Assembly (NCBI GenBank): GCA_934747385.1
Contig: CAKVGK010000002.1
Location: forward strand, 2,436-66,435
Direction: 5' to 3'
From: an uncultured Clostridia bacterium
Lineage (GTDB): Bacteria; Bacillota; Clostridia; Christensenellales; UBA1242
DNA length: 64,000 nucleotides
This document shows, in pieces, positions 1 to 10,700 of the stretch; within the stretch, counting starts at the first letter, position 1; every line of letters starts with the position of its first letter. The notes below the pieces were generated by a model that made no database searches, had not been told where the DNA came from, and saw nothing but the letters and a program-made list of their open reading frames with translations. The position numbers and the translations under genes were made by a program.

Positions 1-1140
1 TTGGTCAGCGCAACCAGCGTTCTGCGAGGCTACTTTCAAGGTGTGGGCTATTTTTCACCAAGCACCATTTCAAGCGTTATTGAGCAACTTGCAAAAATGG
101 TTTTTGGTTTAATGTTGAGTTTAATGTTAATCAACATAAGTCTGTTCGCCTCAATTATTGGTGCAATGGTGGCGATTGTTATAAGTGAATTGTTTGCTTT
201 GTTTGTACTTATAATTTTCTTTAAAAAGAATCCTCCAAAAGACAAAGAAACTCAAGAAAACATTTCAATAAAGGAAGTGTTTAAAGATATTTTGCCAATA
301 ACCATTACGAACGTTATTTTGCCAATAAGCAGTTTTGTTGACAGCCTGCTTGTTGTTAATCTGTTAAGCATAAATTTCAGCAAAAACATGTCAATTTTTA
401 TGTATGGGGTAGAATCTGGTGCGGTGTCTTCATTGGTTAGCCTGCCAACCATATTTTCGTTTGCTATTGCAAGTGTACTGCTTCCAACATTAACAGGGAA
501 TAGCCATGTTCACAATAAAACACACAAGTTAGCATTGGGCTTAAAAATTGTGCTGATTATCACTTTGCCTTGTGTTATTTGCTTCACTTTGTTCCCAGAT
601 AGATTGATAAAACTTTTGTATGCAGACAAACTATCCGGCTTCGGCGTTGAAGGGCTAAACATTGCATATAGGCTTCTCACAATTTCAGGTTTTGGTGTTG
701 TGTTTTTAAGCATTAATCAATTATATTCAAGTTGTTTGCAGGCGGTGGACAAGCGCATGGCGACCATTAGAAACTTAACAATGGCGGTTGTGGTTAAATT
801 TGTTATTGAACTGATATTTATGCCAAGCGTAATGGTTAATATTTATGCACTCGCTGTTGGAAACACGGCATGCTATATAACTGCCATGGCATTAAACCAT
901 TTGGAAATTGAAGAGAGTTTCCCATTGAAATTCGATTACATGTTCATGTGCAAATTATTGTTGTGCAATGCGGTTATGTTGGTTTCTCTCATATTGGTGT
1001 TTGGCTTAAGTCAATCTCAAATTGTTGTTCTGTTGGGATTTGTGCTTGCTGCCGCATTGTATTTGCTTTTGCTTTTCGCAACCAAAATTTTCAACAAAAA
1101 AGACTTGGCAATGCTAAAATATGGAACAATAAAACGTTAA
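1..1140 (+). CDS. MOP-superfamily polysaccharide/lipid II flippase (MurJ/SpoVB/YabM-like), N-terminus outside window
   Basis: Frame is open from the window edge to the stop at 1138-1140. The product is almost entirely hydrophobic helices and begins in the RGYFQG...EQ region typical of MurJ/SpoVB-type flippases. Confidence 0.65.
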   Translation: MVSATSVLRGYFQGVGYFSPSTISSVIEQLAKMVFGLMLSLMLINISLFASIIGAMVAIVISELFALFVLIIFFKKNPPKDKETQENISIKEVFKDILPITITNVILPISSFVDSLLVVNLLSINFSKNMSIFMYGVESGAVSSLVSLPTIFSFAIASVLLPTLTGNSHVHNKTHKLALGLKIVLIITLPCVICFTLFPDRLIKLLYADKLSGFGVEGLNIAYRLLTISGFGVVFLSINQLYSSCLQAVDKRMATIRNLTMAVVVKFVIELIFMPSVMVNIYALAVGNTACYITAMALNHLEIEESFPLKFDYMFMCKLLLCNAVMLVSLILVFGLSQSQIVVLLGFVLAAALYLLLLFATKIFNKKDLAMLKYGTIKR

Positions 1141-1208
1141 TTTGAAATATTGTGATTAATTTTAAGTTTATTGGTAAAAACCTTATTAATAATTTTTAAG
1201 GAGATACT

Positions 1209-1481
1209 ATGAATAAAAATGAATTTGTAACAGAGATAAACGCAAAAACTGGTTTGACAAAAAAGGATTGCAAACTTTGCTTGGAAACAATAATCAGTGT
1301 GATTAAGGACGCTCTTAAAAATGGTGACAGTGTAACCCTTTCCAACTTTGGGAAATTCAAAGTGAACGAAATCAAAGCAAAGCCAATGTATAGTTTTCAA
1401 ACTGGAAAAACTTATTTGGCAGAGCAAAGAAAAACACCAGTTTTTAGAGCAAGCGAAAATTTAAAAAGAAGTGTAAAATAA
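1209..1481 (+). CDS. hup: DNA-binding protein HU
   Basis: 90 aa. MNKNEFV...GDSVTLSNFGKFKV...FRASENLK matches the HU/IHF signature. AAGGAG RBS upstream. Confidence 0.9.
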   Translation: MNKNEFVTEINAKTGLTKKDCKLCLETIISVIKDALKNGDSVTLSNFGKFKVNEIKAKPMYSFQTGKTYLAEQRKTPVFRASENLKRSVK

Positions 1482-1526
1482 AATTAAAATCATAAAAAAA
1501 TCAACAAAAACAATAAAAAAAGCAAA

Positions 1527-1979
1527 TTATTTTGCTTTTTTTCGTTTTTCTTTAAAAAATGATTGAATTAAATTTTTATTTTCCTTTTCAAAATCTTCAA
1601 ATTTTTCAATGTTTACAGAGTGATTTAAACATGTTTGCAAATTAAATTTTGTTAATCCACCACTTTGTTCATCGGTCACTGCGTAAAACAAATTTTTAAA
1701 TCTTGCGTTCATAATTGCGCCTGCACACATTGGGCAGGGCTCAAGAGTTACATAAATATCGCAGTCGTCCAATCGCCAAGATTTTAATTTTTTGCAAGCC
1801 TTTTCAATTGCCAAAATTTCTGCATGGTGGGTGGCTATTTGGTGATGCTCTCTCAAATTGTACGCTTTTGCAACAACTTTATTATTTTTGACAATAACAG
1901 CGCCAACAGGAACTTCTCCTTTGCGCTTTGCTGTGTATGCGAGCATTGTTGCCAATTTCATTGCTTCGTTCTTTTCCAT
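1527..1979 (-). CDS. tadA: tRNA adenosine(34) deaminase TadA
   Basis: HAEILAI and PCPMCAGA zinc-binding deaminase motifs. I prefer the internal ATG at 1979 (MEKNEAMKLA...) to the track start at 2078. Confidence 0.85.
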   Translation of the reverse strand: MEKNEAMKLATMLAYTAKRKGEVPVGAVIVKNNKVVAKAYNLREHHQIATHHAEILAIEKACKKLKSWRLDDCDIYVTLEPCPMCAGAIMNARFKNLFYAVTDEQSGGLTKFNLQTCLNHSVNIEKFEDFEKENKNLIQSFFKEKRKKAK

Positions 1980-2874
1980 ATTTAACATTTTGCACAAAAG
2001 TGGAATTAAAGTCAATTGAATTTGCAAACTGATTTGCAGCATTAAGTGCCAGTATTGGAACATTTTTGTTTTGCTCATAAATTTCTGGCAAACTTTCCTC
2101 AGTTAAAGGGTGGGGCAAATCTTCATTTCCAACTTCGATTGTGCAAGCGGGAATGGTCAACTTTTGAATGCACCAGTCTTTGTAGCCTCCTGTGGAATTT
2201 TCGGTCAAAACAACTGGGTAACTGGTTGCTTTGCTTAAAATTGTGCCAATTTCAAAATCTCTGTTTCTGTTCTGTTCGGTTTGTCCTTCAAAGCCGTAAT
2301 AGATTATTTCTCCCTTGCTGTGATAAGAGATTGTCAATTTAGGTTTAACTTTTAACGTAAAATTAATTAAATCTTGCACCTCACGTTCACTTTCAGGGTA
2401 AAAACCTATAAAATTTTCAGTGTTGGGGCAGTTCACGTTTTGCGCTCCGCCTCCCCAGTTGGCGTTGAAGTTTGTGTTCAAGTCAACAAGATTAATGTTT
2501 GCCTTGTATTGACTGAAATTATTGCTTCCGTTGTTTGCCAAAGTCAAATATTGTTTAGTTATTGAGCAATTTAAAAAATCTAATCCATCAAGAACAACAT
2601 GTGCTCCATCAGGGTTTGTTAGAAAAACAAAGTAAATTCCACCATTTTTTACCATATTATTGTTGCTGAGTTCGCGCACCAATTCAACAAGCAAAAGAGT
2701 GGTTATGTATTCCCGCGCGTGAATGCCTGCTTGAATTAAAATTTGTGTGCCAGAATAGTCTCCCAAATGTGTTGCCAAAATGTCTTCACCAAGCACGGAT
2801 TTGCCAATGCTAAAAAGTTCCACACCTTCCTCTTCAAGTTGCTTAATGCGGTCGATAAGTTCATTATAAGTCAT
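1882..2874 (-). CDS. M14-family zinc carboxypeptidase (gamma-D-glutamyl-meso-diaminopimelate peptidase-like)
   Basis: HAREY, NPDG and YHS motifs in the order expected for M14 peptidases. AGGTGG RBS. The 3' end overlaps the tadA start by about 98 nt. Confidence 0.75.
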   Translation of the reverse strand: MTYNELIDRIKQLEEEGVELFSIGKSVLGEDILATHLGDYSGTQILIQAGIHAREYITTLLLVELVRELSNNNMVKNGGIYFVFLTNPDGAHVVLDGLDFLNCSITKQYLTLANNGSNNFSQYKANINLVDLNTNFNANWGGGAQNVNCPNTENFIGFYPESEREVQDLINFTLKVKPKLTISYHSKGEIIYYGFEGQTEQNRNRDFEIGTILSKATSYPVVLTENSTGGYKDWCIQKLTIPACTIEVGNEDLPHPLTEESLPEIYEQNKNVPILALNAANQFANSIDFNSTFVQNVKYGKERSNEIGNNARIHSKAQRRSSCWRCYCQK

Positions 2875-2971
2875 AGTCCACCTAATCCTTTATTTTTATT
2901 ATGATTTAACCGCTTAAAATGTTTAAGGTTTTTCATTTTGTTTAACTTTCGGCATGTTTTTTGCAATAAAA

Positions 2972-2988
2972 AGGGGCATAAGACCCCT
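2972..2988 (-). terminator. Rho-independent terminator after rlmH
   Basis: On the minus strand: AGGGGTC-TTAT-GCCCCT followed by a T-run. Confidence 0.6.
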
Positions 2989-3000
2989 GATTGAAATTTC

Positions 3001-3471
3001 CTATTTGTGGTAAGCAATGTGGTTTATAATTGTAAAAGCGCGGTAAATCTGCTCCAAAAAAATAACTCTCATAAGTTGGTGAGGAAAAGTCATTTTTGAA
3101 AATGAAATTCTTTCCAAGCACTTATCTTTAATTCTTTTAGCAATGCCGTTAGACGCTCCAATTATAAAACTAATTTCGCTTGTTTTTAAGCACAAATTTT
3201 GTATCTTTTCTGAAAATTGTTCGCTTGAAAACTGTGGTGCATCAATGTCTAAACAGATGGGGTAACCCTTCATGTGTTTTTCAATGTTTAATGCGTCTTT
3301 TTCAAGAGCAGAAAGAATGTCCTTTTCGTTTGCTGAAGCTGGGTTGTTTTCTTTCAATTTAATAATTTTTAGTTCTGCAAATCTGGAAATCCTTTTTGAA
3401 TATTCGGCAATTGCTTGTTGCAGATAGCCTTCTTTTATGTCACCAATTGCAATCAAATTTATTTTTAACAT
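3001..3471 (-). CDS. rlmH: 23S rRNA (pseudouridine1915-N3)-methyltransferase RlmH
   Basis: About 156 aa SPOUT protein. MLKINLIAIGDIK...ISFSKMTFPHQLMRVIFLEQIYRA is typical of RlmH. The ATG at 3471 overlaps the upstream TAA (TAATG). Confidence 0.9.
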   Translation of the reverse strand: MLKINLIAIGDIKEGYLQQAIAEYSKRISRFAELKIIKLKENNPASANEKDILSALEKDALNIEKHMKGYPICLDIDAPQFSSEQFSEKIQNLCLKTSEISFIIGASNGIAKRIKDKCLERISFSKMTFPHQLMRVIFLEQIYRAFTIINHIAYHK

Positions 3472-4511
3472 TAAATCAACCCCCAAATAAAAGAAGATAA
3501 CGTGACTAAAGCCCCCAATATTATGCTGGAAATTATAAACACTTTACTTTTAAAATTACCAGATTTTTGTGGTGCATTTAGCAAATGTCTTTGCTTTAAA
3601 ACAATGTTTACTTGGCTGATTTTTTCTTGCGCTTGTTCAATTGTTAAAGTGTTGGATTTAAGGTATTTAACAATCTTTTCAATGTCCATTTTTGCACGTT
3701 CTCGCATCATTTGCCCTGCAAGATGTTTGTAACACCAAATAAGCAGCATTACGGCAAGGCTAACAAAGGTCACATAAAGCAAAATGCTTGAAGCAAGCAT
3801 GGTTTCAAATTCTTGAATAAAACTTGCCAAAGGCCAATTCATATATACGCCATAGTAGAAGTAGGTTGAAAGTGCGTTGTTCATGAAATGAATAATCATA
3901 CTTGGGAAAATGCTGTCACTCACCAAAGCAATATAGCCCATTAATGCCCCCAAAATAGTTGCGTAAAAGAATTGATTTATATTCAAGTGAATTAATCCAA
4001 ACAGTATGGAAGAAATTATCAAAGCATATCTAGGATTGGAATATTTTTTGTTTGCGTGCAGCATAATTCCGCGATGCAAAAATTCCTCGCAAAAGCCGGG
4101 CAACAGGCAAGAGAGCACAAGTTCTTTAAACAATGAAAAGTAACTGAGTGTTTGGCTGGAACCGCCAAGTTTAACTGATTCATAACCGAGCATGCTTATT
4201 ATTGAAGCAAAAGTTTGCGCAACAAATGAATTTATAGCATACAAAACAATTCCAAGCAAAATTGAAATGATAATCATTTTGCCAGAAATTGCTTTAAAGC
4301 CAGCGTCTGCAAATGTCTGTTTTACATTTTTGCCAACAAACAATGTGTAAAGCAAAAGGGGCACACCAAAAAGGACAACACATTGAATTAAAAATGCTGA
4401 AAGATATTCGTTTGTAACAATTCCAAAACTGCCCAAAACAAACACCACGGCAACAAGTGTGATGCTAACAAAATATATAAATCCAATTTTTGTTAAATTC
4501 TTATTTTTCAT
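3471..4511 (-). CDS. CPBP-family intramembrane glutamic endopeptidase (CAAX protease-like)
   Basis: Polytopic membrane protein with EEFLHRG, FGLIH and HFMNN motifs. Confidence 0.75.
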   Translation of the reverse strand: MKNKNLTKIGFIYFVSITLVAVVFVLGSFGIVTNEYLSAFLIQCVVLFGVPLLLYTLFVGKNVKQTFADAGFKAISGKMIIISILLGIVLYAINSFVAQTFASIISMLGYESVKLGGSSQTLSYFSLFKELVLSCLLPGFCEEFLHRGIMLHANKKYSNPRYALIISSILFGLIHLNINQFFYATILGALMGYIALVSDSIFPSMIIHFMNNALSTYFYYGVYMNWPLASFIQEFETMLASSILLYVTFVSLAVMLLIWCYKHLAGQMMRERAKMDIEKIVKYLKSNTLTIEQAQEKISQVNIVLKQRHLLNAPQKSGNFKSKVFIISSIILGALVTLSSFIWGLI

Positions 4512-4513
4512 AT

Positions 4514-5371
4514 CTATATTACAAAATTAATTAAAACCCAAAACACAATCATAACGCCAAGGCTAACAAGCAAACTTATTGCCTCTAGTTTGCTCAGTTT
4601 AAATGCAGTTGAATTTTTAAAAGTATAAAGTAAAATTGTTGTTAAAAACAAGACAAAGGCAACTGCGGCAATCAAGTAAAATGTCCAGTGATTGAAATAA
4701 AAGCCAATTCCTGTTAGGGCTAGTGCGTTGTTTGTTATGTGGACAATAATACAATATATTATGTTGTTTTCTTTTGCCATTATTACACCAAACAACAATC
4801 CCATCAATAAAGGGTAAAGCATTTGTTCTTTTGACATGTGAAAAATGCTAAACATTATTGCACTGACCCAAATTGCCAATTGTTTGCTTTTGTTTTCAAG
4901 CCCTTTGTAAATTATTCCGCGGAAAAGCAATTCTTCACAAATTGCAGGAATAATCACTCTTGAAAAAGCGGAATAAAGATAGCCTATTCCTGAAATATTA
5001 ATCGCGGTTGGGGCAATCTTAAAAAGTTTGTTAAAACTTAAAACAACGGGGTAAAGCAAAAAGTAACTTATAACTGCAATGCCAATGTAACATACGATTT
5101 TTAACGCGGATAGGTGCTTGGTGTAGTTGATTTCTGCTTTCCTTTTATAAAACAAGAAAATCAAAACAAACACAAGGTTCATAACGATAACAGAAATAAG
5201 AAACCCTAAATTGTTGCTTGAAAAGTCGTAAAAGGCTTTTGATTCATAGCCATTAAGTTTGTAAACAACAATTCCAATAACGGCAAAAAAAACAAGTGCA
5301 ATTTGACTTAAAACAAAACTTGCAACAAAACTGATTGAACTATCAACAACATTAATTTGCTTTTTTTCCAT
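4514..5371 (-). CDS. CPBP-family intramembrane glutamic endopeptidase (second paralog)
   Basis: Polytopic membrane protein with EELLFRG, FSIFH and HITNN motifs. Confidence 0.75.
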   Translation of the reverse strand: MEKKQINVVDSSISFVASFVLSQIALVFFAVIGIVVYKLNGYESKAFYDFSSNNLGFLISVIVMNLVFVLIFLFYKRKAEINYTKHLSALKIVCYIGIAVISYFLLYPVVLSFNKLFKIAPTAINISGIGYLYSAFSRVIIPAICEELLFRGIIYKGLENKSKQLAIWVSAIMFSIFHMSKEQMLYPLLMGLLFGVIMAKENNIIYCIIVHITNNALALTGIGFYFNHWTFYLIAAVAFVLFLTTILLYTFKNSTAFKLSKLEAISLLVSLGVMIVFWVLINFVI

Positions 5372-5463
5372 TGTTATTTAATAATAACAAAAAACATAAT
5401 CAAAAGCAATTGAATTTTGTTGCGGATTTGCAACTGTTTGTAGGGTTTGGAATATATAACAAT

Positions 5464-6135
5464 ATGAAATACATAGTTTACGATAAAACCTTGCAAAACA
5501 AAGATTTGCAGAAATACAATATCTTTATTTCAGCGGACTCTAAGGTGGCGGAAGGAACAAAAATCTGGTCAAATGTCTGCATTGACTCTGCAAGCATTGT
5601 GTGCTCAGGTTGTGAAATAACCTCTAATTCTGTGCTGGAGAACACGCAGATTGATGCAAACGTTTGCGTAAAATCTTCATATTTGGAAGATTGCAAAATT
5701 GGTGAGGGATGCACGATTGGACCATTTTCTCACATTCGTGGCAATTCAGTGTTGGGGAAACAATGCAGGGTGGGTAATTTTGTGGAAATAAAAAATGCTC
5801 AAATTGGAAGTTTTTGCAAGATGGCACATTTGGCTTACATTGGTGACGCAACAATTGGAGAGAATTGCAACATTGGCTGTGGAGTGATTTTTTGCAATTA
5901 TAATGGCAAAATAAAACAACGTTCAACTTTGGGCGATAATGTGTTTGTCGGTTCAAATTCAAACCTGATTGCACCAGTTACAATTGAAAGCAATGTTTAT
6001 ATTGCGGGAGGAAGCACAATAACTCAGGACATAAAAAAGGACGAATTTGCCATTGCAAGGTCAAGACAAATTAACAAAACTAATTTTAAAAATCCTTACA
6101 TTGAAGGAATAAAAGAAAAGCAAAATAAAAAATAA
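5464..6135 (+). CDS. Left-handed beta-helix acetyltransferase equivalent to the C-terminal (GlcN-1-P acetyltransferase) domain of GlmU
   Basis: AHLAYIGDATIGENCNIGCGVIFCNYNGKIKQRSTLGDNVFVGSNSNLIAPVTI aligns with the GlmU C-terminal domain. No uridyltransferase domain is present. I prefer the ATG at 5464 to the TTG at 5371. Confidence 0.7.
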   Translation: MKYIVYDKTLQNKDLQKYNIFISADSKVAEGTKIWSNVCIDSASIVCSGCEITSNSVLENTQIDANVCVKSSYLEDCKIGEGCTIGPFSHIRGNSVLGKQCRVGNFVEIKNAQIGSFCKMAHLAYIGDATIGENCNIGCGVIFCNYNGKIKQRSTLGDNVFVGSNSNLIAPVTIESNVYIAGGSTITQDIKKDEFAIARSRQINKTNFKNPYIEGIKEKQNKK

Positions 6136-6172
6136 AAAATGCAAAAAATTAATAAAAAGTAACAAAAAAATG

Positions 6173-6733
6173 CTATTTTTTAGCATTTTTTAAATATTTT
6201 TCATAATTTTCATAAATGATTTCAGCAATTTGCTCAGGCGTGTAAAGTGTGCTGTCAACAACCAAATCATAATTTTTCATTTGAGTATTGTTGGTTTTGT
6301 AAAGTTCCAAGTATCTTTTGTTTTCTTCATTCCAGCGGTCTTTCAAAATTTGCTCTGCATGTTTTATGTTTTTAACAGATTCATTTTCACGTTTGGCATA
6401 AAGCAGCCTTTCGCTTGCGGTTGCAATGTCCACGTCAATAAAGACTTTAAAAGATTTTTTTGCAAAATGCCATGCAAGGCGACTGTCGATTAAAAGATTG
6501 TCATCAATTCTGGTTTTACCAATCTCTTCAATTTGGGAGTCAATATATTTGTCAACATCTTTAACATTTGGCGCGTGTTGTTGAAAGTCTAACACGTTTT
6601 CGTAGCCTTGTTCGGCTGCAATTTTGCGCATTATATCTCCTGCGCATAGATAATCAAATCCGTACTTTTCACAAAATATTTTGCTTACAGTTCCTTTTCC
6701 ACTGCAAGGCTTGCCTGTTACAGTTATAATCAT
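6173..6733 (-). CDS. Cytidylate kinase-like P-loop kinase
   Basis: 186 aa. GKPCSGKGT P-loop and the overall pattern of short (d)CMP kinases. Confidence 0.65.
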   Translation of the reverse strand: MIITVTGKPCSGKGTVSKIFCEKYGFDYLCAGDIMRKIAAEQGYENVLDFQQHAPNVKDVDKYIDSQIEEIGKTRIDDNLLIDSRLAWHFAKKSFKVFIDVDIATASERLLYAKRENESVKNIKHAEQILKDRWNEENKRYLELYKTNNTQMKNYDLVVDSTLYTPEQIAEIIYENYEKYLKNAKK

Positions 6734-6963
6734 TAGTTTTCACCTTTCACAGAAATGTCACTTCCGTCACCAGTTTCATTATTTTTATGTTCTTTGTAAT
6801 ATTCAAGCATGTTGGTCAACCTTTCCACTTCCGTTTGCTTGGCACTGAGTTCGCGTTGCTTTTTATTTATAGCAACAAGTTGGAAAACTGAAATTACAAA
6901 AAGCGCAACAATCAAAATAATTGCAAGGCTGATAACCATTTTAACTTTAGAGTTTGCTTTCAT
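6733..6963 (-). CDS. divIC: Septum formation initiator (DivIC/FtsB-like)
   Basis: 76 aa with one TM helix followed by a coiled coil. It sits directly after yabP-yabQ, as in B. subtilis. Confidence 0.55.
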   Translation of the reverse strand: MKANSKVKMVISLAIILIVALFVISVFQLVAINKKQRELSAKQTEVERLTNMLEYYKEHKNNETGDGSDISVKGEN

Positions 6964-7303
6964 TTGTTGTGTTTTTCCTTTTTGAAGATTTGAGAATAGT
7001 ATACCACTTCAAACTTAAAAATACAACTAAATTTTTAGCCAATTTGTTGAACCAAAAAAATCCAACAACAAAGGCAAGAAATAGGGCAATGGAAATTTTG
7101 CCAAAATTAAAATAATTTAATAAAAAAACAAAAAATATTGAAAAAGTACTAAAAATTATGCTTTGAAATATAATTTTTTTAAAATCTTTTGAAAAATTTA
7201 TGCAAAATATAATAAAAAACAAATTATAAATTATTGCACATAAAAACCCAAAAACCAAAAATATTAAAAAACAATTAAGTTGATTTATTGTTGAAAAAAT
7301 CAT
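6947..7303 (-). CDS. yabQ: Spore cortex biosynthesis protein YabQ-like
   Basis: 118-aa hydrophobic protein between yabP and divIC. The call rests on synteny. Confidence 0.5.
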   Translation of the reverse strand: MIFSTINQLNCFLIFLVFGFLCAIIYNLFFIIFCINFSKDFKKIIFQSIIFSTFSIFFVFLLNYFNFGKISIALFLAFVVGFFWFNKLAKNLVVFLSLKWYTILKSSKRKNTTNESKL

Positions 7304-7578
7304 TTAAAAATCTTCCTGAAAAATGGTTGTTTGTTTTTTGCTTCAACATATTTTAAGCAATCAATTTCACCCGTTATGTCTGCTTTGTTGAGGGAGTTAT
7401 CAAGTTTAATTAATTCCAATCCAGCGCCAACAATCATCAAGCCGCCAAAAACTGTGTCTAACTGAATTAAGTCTGGTTTAAGGCTGACTATTTTGTTAAC
7501 TCCAGTTAAACTTAAATTTTTTCGATTGTTTAGTGTTAAAGTTTGCTCTTTTGAGATTTGATTTTTATTTTGTTCCAT
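7300..7578 (-). CDS. yabP: Sporulation protein YabP
   Basis: 92 aa. NRKNLSLTGVNKIVSLKPDLIQLDTVFGGLMIVGAGLELIKLD matches the YabP/YqfC pattern. Confidence 0.7.
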   Translation of the reverse strand: MEQNKNQISKEQTLTLNNRKNLSLTGVNKIVSLKPDLIQLDTVFGGLMIVGAGLELIKLDNSLNKADITGEIDCLKYVEAKNKQPFFRKIFK

Positions 7579-7677
7579 AATTATTCCTTTTTCTATTTTA
7601 TTTTTTACGCTTAAAAATTATGTTAAAAAGGCTTTAAATTTAATTATTAAAATAATAAAATTAAAACGATAAAATAT

Positions 7678-7707
7678 TTGACAAATTATGCTAATAATAT
7701 TTATAAT
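7678..7707 (+). promoter_or_regulatory. Sigma-A-type promoter for the giant lipoprotein gene
   Basis: TTGACA (7678-7683), 18-nt spacer, TATAAT (7702-7707). Confidence 0.5.
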
Positions 7708-7781
7708 TAAATTATTAATTAATTTATTTTTTTACTTTAATAATTCGGTGCGTTTAGGTTAAATTAATTTTAGGGGAACAC

Positions 7782-10700
7782 ATGAAAAAAACTGCAAAAA
7801 TTATTTGTTTAATTTTAACACTATTTGTTAGTGCGCTTTTTTCGGCTTGTAAGGTTAATTACAACAAGCTTAAAATTTCTTTCTGCTCCAGTGATGGCAA
7901 TTCAATAAGCCAAGTTCGCATGATTATTGATGAGGAAAGGGAAGAGAGTGCCAAAACTAAATTTGCAGTTCAGTTTGATGGAATAAAGCAAAAAAACATT
8001 GGCGACGTTTTAATCTATTCTGTTCCTAACGATTTGGTTGCTATTGAAGAAACGTATCTTGAGGACAATAAATATTTTGTAAACCTCCAAGCCAACATTC
8101 AAGGCACAGGCAAAATTTATGCAAAGCATTTGACCTCTGGCAAAACTGGCGCGATTGATTTGGTTGTTGACAAGAAAACAAAATCATTAAACAAAATTGT
8201 TGACGAATACATTGTCGCAATCCCTCAAACCGACAGCACACAAATTTTTGAATTTCCTTTTGATGAATTGCTTGGTCAGGACGGAACAGACAAACTTGGC
8301 TTTAGGCTTGCTTCTGGTCAAATGCCAACTGGCGTTGAATTAAGTTTTGCTGGTTCAAGTTTTGACAACGCTGCAACCGGCTTGCAACTTTCAAACAATA
8401 TTGAACACAATTCATCTGTAACATTGTACCCAGTTTCTTTTATGCAAGGTTATGAGGCCGTTACGGAATACACAACTCAGGCAATCAAATTCACTTTTGT
8501 TAAAGCCTTGACAAACACAAGTTTTGTTTTGGACACAGACGCCGACCATAAGCAAAACGGCAATTTGAATTTGAATAATACAGTTTTTCACTTGATAGCA
8601 AAAGACACTGTCCAAGCAACAGGCGGAAATTATCAATTTAACAATATCAAATTTGAATTAAAACTCAACCTTGGCAGCGACACTGAACTGGTTAGTTTAA
8701 TAAACGAAACTCAATTTGGCTATCTTAAAGATTATTACGAAATTAAGTGGATTGTACCAGAAGATTTTAGAAATTTGTTGGAAGTTTTTGAAGATGAGTA
8801 CACAAATATTGTGATTGAGGCAAAAGATTATGCAGCAGACATTGCAAACATAAAAATTGGCTTGGTTCCAAAGTGTGCAGGCAATTTAGAGGAAGTATTC
8901 AAACAGGTTCAAATCAAGTGTGACGTTAAGCCAACCGAGTTTGAAATTTCTGTTCAGGGCAAAATTCAACAAAATACTGGCGTTAAAAATGTTTATAACA
9001 TAGACTTGTATGACTATTATAATTCAGCAGATAGTGCACTTGGCGCAAGTTTCACTTTCAAACCATTGATGGAATATTCTTATGCCGATTTTAAAAACAT
9101 TCAAATTGTTGTCAGCCCAAGCATTTTGGACGTAATCAGGCAAGAAAATGGCAAACAAATTGGAACAAACACACTCAATGACATAGAGGGTGAAACCCTT
9201 CTTGACATGGCAAGCAACAGATATTTGCTTCAATTTTACGCAGACGGCAAACCTTTGGAATTTGACTATTCCCAACAAACTGGCATGGCAGTTTCAAAGC
9301 AAATAACTTACAGAGACTATTTGCGTCGCGTGCAAATTAAATACACCGACATGATTACTGAACAAGACACAAAATCCCTTGAATGCAAAATTCAAACTTG
9401 CTATTCTGGTGATTTGGAATACTTAAAAAAAGTTGGCTCAACTGTTGCAACTATTCAGTTTAACCACAAAGAGGGTATTAAAGAACTCACCATGTATGCG
9501 GGCAGTTTAACAAAGGGCAGCACGGGCACAGATAGCGTTTCAACAATCACAGACGAAAATAACAATCGCGTTAAGGTTGAAAATTTGTACCTTGACCGCA
9601 ACAATTCAACAATAAATTATGTTGTGTATGTAAACCAAATTTTGGGTGATAAAAACAAGGTTATAAATAGGGCAGACATAAACGTTAAAGTGATTGGAGG
9701 CAAGAACAATCCGCTTAAAATTGTGCAAAACACCACGGATGCAACAATTGGCGCAGGAAAAACTGAAATTAAGTACGAATATGGCAATCAGTCCACAAAC
9801 CCACCTTTCAATTCAATTGTTTTAAGGTTGAGTTTTGACGAGAATGGCAAGCCAATCACAGACGTCGGCAATTATTCAATTGTGTTTACATATGCCGATG
9901 AGGAAATTTACAGAATAAACTGCTTGGTTTACGAAAGTTTGAAAAGTGAACAAATTTCACTAAACGTTGCAGGAGATTCAAGCCTTATTGCAAATTCTAG
10001 TTTTGACGCTGCTGGTCAAAAAACCTATAAGTATGCAGGTTACAACGCAGATTATATTGTTAAAGTTGACAGCCAAAGCAAAACAACCGTCACAATTAAT
10101 TTGCCAGAACAATTCACAAACGACTACATTACAGGTTTCACATATAACCTCGTTTACTGCAACAATGATAACCAGATTCAAGAAGAAGTAGACATAAACA
10201 ATTATGTGCTTAAACTTGTGGCAAACAACAAAATTGAATTAACCTTTGTTAAAGGCACAATTTTGGAAGACAAAATTGGACAAATCCAACTGCAAATTGG
10301 CATTATAACTCAAAAATTCAGCAACATTTTGCAAAAAGGTGACACTGAAATTAACAACAACATTTTAAAAACATTCTTTGCGTACGAGGAAATAACAAAA
10401 GACGATATTAGCCTTACGAAAACCAATGTGAATGGCTATTGGGCAAGCATGTTGAGTCCTTATTACAAGGAAGGCAGCGAAAACTTGTCACAAATGAGCG
10501 TTGAAGTGCTTTTGAGAGATAACACACTTTGGAAGTATGTTCAACCACAAAAGCAAGACGAAGAAAACAGTTATAACACAATTTGGTTTGTTAACGACAA
10601 TGCTGAAGTTGTTAAAAAATTGGAACAAACAGACAATGGCATAAAACTTGAATTTGTTGGAAAGCAAAACAGTGTAAGTTTTGACCTGTTTGCGCAAGTT

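Noticed and set aside
5371-5463. N-terminal extension of the GlmU-like ORF from the TTG at 5371
   Set aside because: The extension (MLFNNNKKHNQKQLNF...) has no similarity to GlmU. It overlaps the divergent promoter region and shares its first base with the start codon of the opposite-strand CPBP gene. The ATG at 5464 fits the domain boundary.
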